A stretch of DNA of 64,000 nucleotides from Gracilinanus agilis (lineage: Eukaryota), in assembly GCF_016433145.1 (NCBI RefSeq), contig NC_058130.1, forward strand, positions 131,786,912 to 131,850,911, given 5' to 3'. Position numbers and translations under genes: made by a program. Shown piece by piece: positions 60,572 to 64,000 of the stretch. The notes below the pieces were generated by a model, which worked only from the letters and a program-made list of their open reading frames with translations, was not told the DNA's origin and did no database searches. Positions within the stretch are counted from its first letter, which is position 1. Every line of letters begins with the position of its first letter.

Positions 60572-63500
60572 GGAGGAGTCAAGATGGTGGCTTAGAAGCA
60601 GTAAAGTCAATTCCTCTGTGAAAACCCTTCCACATCAATCAAAACAAAGCACTTCAAGGGGGACAGAAAACCAAATCCAACAAGAAGAAAGACCTAAGGG
60701 ACTTTCATGCTCAATTCAACTTAAAAGGTATGTGGAGAAGGTTGAATTCTCATGTTTAAGGAAAAGAAAGAAGGAAAGTCCCAGAGCCCTTCTCCCACCT
60801 ACTGTGCTGAGACTCTGGTGGTCAGTGGGATCTCTGGGCGAGGGTTCCAACTGAGATGGAGTGCCTTGTTACCACAACTACATGAAGCTCAGGGCTCTGA
60901 CCACAGCTGGCAAGGAGGCAGCTGGAGAAGAGGGCAAGCTAGTCTCAGCCTTCAGCCATCATACCTCCATCTTGGACCTCTGCCTCTGGAAATTTTGGCC
61001 TCAGGGCACAGTCAGCTCTGCAGATCAGCTTAATTGGCTTAATCCAGTTTATACAGAGAAGCCTCTGGAGGGCAGAGGAGCTCAGTCTCATGGAGCTGGC
61101 AGAAAATCAGATGAGCAAAAGTGCAGAGTGGACAGAGAACCAGGCTCAGCAGCAAGACAGAGACACAGGTCTCTGCTGCTTGATCCAACCTGAAAGGTAT
61201 GCAGATAAAGCTGATTTCTCCAGTATAAGAGAAATATCCAACACCCTTCCCCCACCTACTCTGCTGAAACCTGTGATACGAATCTGAATGATTGGGATCC
61301 CAGGACAAAGGCTGCAACCTCAACAGAGTACCTTGGTATCTCCAAGGGAAGCTCAGGGCTCTGACAAGGCAGCTGGCAGAAAGGAGTAGAGAAGAGGACC
61401 AAGGGTAACTTCCTTCAGCCTCCATATCCTCACTTTCACCTTCAGCCTCTGCTGGCAGCTGGGGAAGATCTAGCCCCAGGGCACATTAATACAACTGGTC
61501 AGCTCTAGCAGTCAATCCAGTTAATAAGCTGAACAGAGAAGAAGCCCTTTCAGAGCAGAAAGGCCCAAATTCACAAATTCAGCAAATAGAGGAGCAAGAA
61601 TACAGTGGAAAAAATATAGGTAATCAACAGAAAAAGAAAAAAGAAATTACAGTTGATGGCTTCTATTCAGGTAATGAATAAAGAACAAATGGAACAGAGA
61701 AGGACCAAGAAACACCAAGCAAAACTCAGGAAATCTAGCGAATTGGACCTAGGCTTTGGAAGAATTCAAAACACAATTCAAAAAAAATTAAGAGAGGCTG
61801 AAGAAAATTAGGAAAAAAACTTTAAAAAGCAAAATAGGTCATCTAGAAACAGAGGCATGTGAAATAAAACAAGAAAATAGTATATTCAAAGATAAAATTG
61901 ACCAGCTCAAAAATGAAACAAAGATAGTAAAAGATAAAAATAATGACCTAAAAATAAAATAAATCAAAAGGAAAGGGAGAATCAAAAAGCTAGGGATGAA
62001 ATTCAGTCTTTAAAAATTAGAATTGAACAACTAGAAGCAAATGACTTTACAAGGCAGCAAGAGTCTATAAAACAAAATCAAAATAATGAAAAAAATTGAT
62101 GAAACTATGAAACACCTCATTGATAAAACAATGGACCTGGAAAATAGATCCAGGAGAGACAATTTAAGAATTACTGGATTATCAGAAAATCATGACCAAA
62201 GAAAAAGCCTGGACATCATTTTACAGAAAATTATCCAAGAAAACTGCCCTGATATTCTTGAACAAGAGGATAAAGTAGAGATTAAGAGAATTTGCAGATC
62301 ACTTCCTGCATTAAATCCACAATTGACAATGCCCAGGAATGTTATAGCCAAGTTCAAGAACTTCCAAACCAAGTAAAAGATATTACAAACTGCTAAAAAG
62401 AAACATTAAGAAAACCATCCACATAACTGACCATATCAATAACCAACAGAAATCACATGATTACCTCATTAGATGCAGAAAAAGCCTTTGACAAAATACA
62501 AAATTCATTCCTATTGAAAACACTAGAAAGTATAGGAATAGATGTGCCTTTCCTAAAAATAATAAACAGCATATATTTAAAACCATCAGCAAGTATCATC
62601 TACAATGGAGATAAGTTAGAAGCCTTCCCAATAAGATCAGGAGTGAAGAAAGGATGCTCATTATCACCTTTATTATTTAACATTGTACTAGAAACTCTAG
62701 TGGTAGAAAGAAAGTGGTAGAAGAAAAGGAAATTGAAGGGATTAAATTAGGCAATGAGGAGACTAAACTATTACTCTTTACAGATGATATTATGGTTTGT
62801 TTAAAGAATCCTAGAGAATCAACTAAAAAGCTAGTGGAAATAATCAACAACTTTAGCAAAGTTTCAGGATGAAAAATAAATCCACATAAATCATCAGCAT
62901 TTCTATATATTTCCAACATATCTTAGCAGCAAGAGTTAGAAAGAGAAATTCCATTTAAAATCACCCTAGACAATACAAAAAATTTAGGAATCTATTTGCC
63001 AAGATAAATGCAGGAATTATATGAACACAACTACAAAACACTTTCCACACAATTAAAACTAGATTTAAATAATTGGAAAAACATTAATTGCTCATGGGTA
63101 GGATGAGCAATATAATAAAAATTATAATCCTACCCAAATTAATTTACTTATTTAGTGCACTTCCTATCAAACTACCAAGAAACTTTTTTATTGAATTAGA
63201 AAAAATTATAACAAAGTTCACTTAGAACAAAAGATCAAGAATATCAAGGGAATTAATGAAAAAAATGTAAAGGATGGAGATCTAACAGCACCAGATCTTA
63301 AATTGTACTATAAAGTGGTGATCATCAAAACAATATGGTACTGACTAAGAGACAAGAAAGAAGGATCAATGGAATAGACTTGGGGTGAATGACCTCAGCA
63401 AGATAGGGTATGATAAGCCCAAAGATCCTAGCTTTTGGGACAAGAACCCACTATTTGATAAAAACTACTGGGAAAATTGGAAACAGTATGAGAGAGATTA

Positions 63501-63965
63501 GGTTTAGATCAATATCTCACACCCAATACCAAGATAAATTCAGAATGGGTAAATAATTTAAATATAAAGAGGGAAATTATAAGTAAATTAGGTGAACATA
63601 GAATAGTATACCTGTCAGATCTATGGCAAGAGATAGAGAATATTACAAAATGTAAAATGAATAATTTTGATTATATTAAATTTTAAAAGTTTGTACAAAC
63701 AAAACCAATGCAACCAAAATTAGAAGGGAAGCAACAAATTGGGGGGAAAATCTTTATTTTAAAAAACCTCTGACAAAGGTCTAATTTCTCACATTTATAA
63801 GAAGCTAAATCAATTGTACAAAAAATCAAGCTATTTCTCAATTGATAAATGGGCAAGAAACATGAATAGGCAGTTTTCAGAAACCAAAATTATCAATAAG
63901 CACATGAAAAAGTGTTCTAAATCTCTCATAATTAGTGAAATACAAATCAAAACAACTCTGAGGTA
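60572..63965 (+). mobile_element. Opossum L1 with 5' UTR, degenerate ORF1, internal deletion and ORF2 RT to C-terminal part
   Basis: 5' end ggaggagtcaagatgg after a tt|aaaa site within a MIR. ORF1 from ATA at 61616 (RRDNLRITGL, PRNVIAKF). ORF2 from about 62402 ([44 protein letters not shown]). Many stops and frameshifts. Confidence 0.97.
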
Positions 63966-64000
63966 TGTTATAAGGAATATTGACCTTACAGTGTTTTGGT
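63966..64000. mobile_element. Start of a probable LTR-type insertion, truncated by the window edge
   Basis: L1 homology (ctgaggta|tcacctcacac at 27752) stops abruptly and tgttataaggaatatt begins with TG. Confidence 0.45.

Noticed and set aside
1-64000. CRISPR arrays, rRNA, operons or other prokaryotic systems
   Set aside because: No regularly spaced repeats with unique spacers and no long ORFs. The sequence is clearly mammalian and repeat-rich.

Overview
This is marsupial genomic DNA, most likely an opossum (Monodelphis-like didelphid). The call rests on from-memory recognition of opossum-type CORE SINEs and opossum-type L1 3' ends, and on strong CpG depletion. The window is dominated by decayed transposable elements: L1 fragments, one near full-length L1 with an internal deletion, a probable ORF1-only HAL1-like element, many L2 and L3/CR1 remnants, an RTE fragment, MIR and CORE SINEs, and hAT and Tigger-type MITEs. 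I could not recognise any known protein-coding gene, RNA gene or CRISPR array, and nearly all ORFs in the supplied track are repeat-derived or chance. Best leads: (1) a 177-bp TG...CA element with 8-bp terminal inverted repeats and a 4-bp target duplication nested in an L1; (2) a phase-compatible chain of minus-strand candidate exons at 11.2-22.0 kb ending in a poly(A) signal, which could encode a 51-aa peptide; (3) a pre-miRNA-like hairpin beside a 27-bp palindrome; (4) a hAT MITE carrying a near-consensus CTCF core; (5) a roughly 470-bp tandem duplication in the L1 5' UTR. Repeat family names are from memory, not a database search. Boundaries are approximate unless fixed by a target site duplication (TSD) or terminal inverted repeat (TIR).
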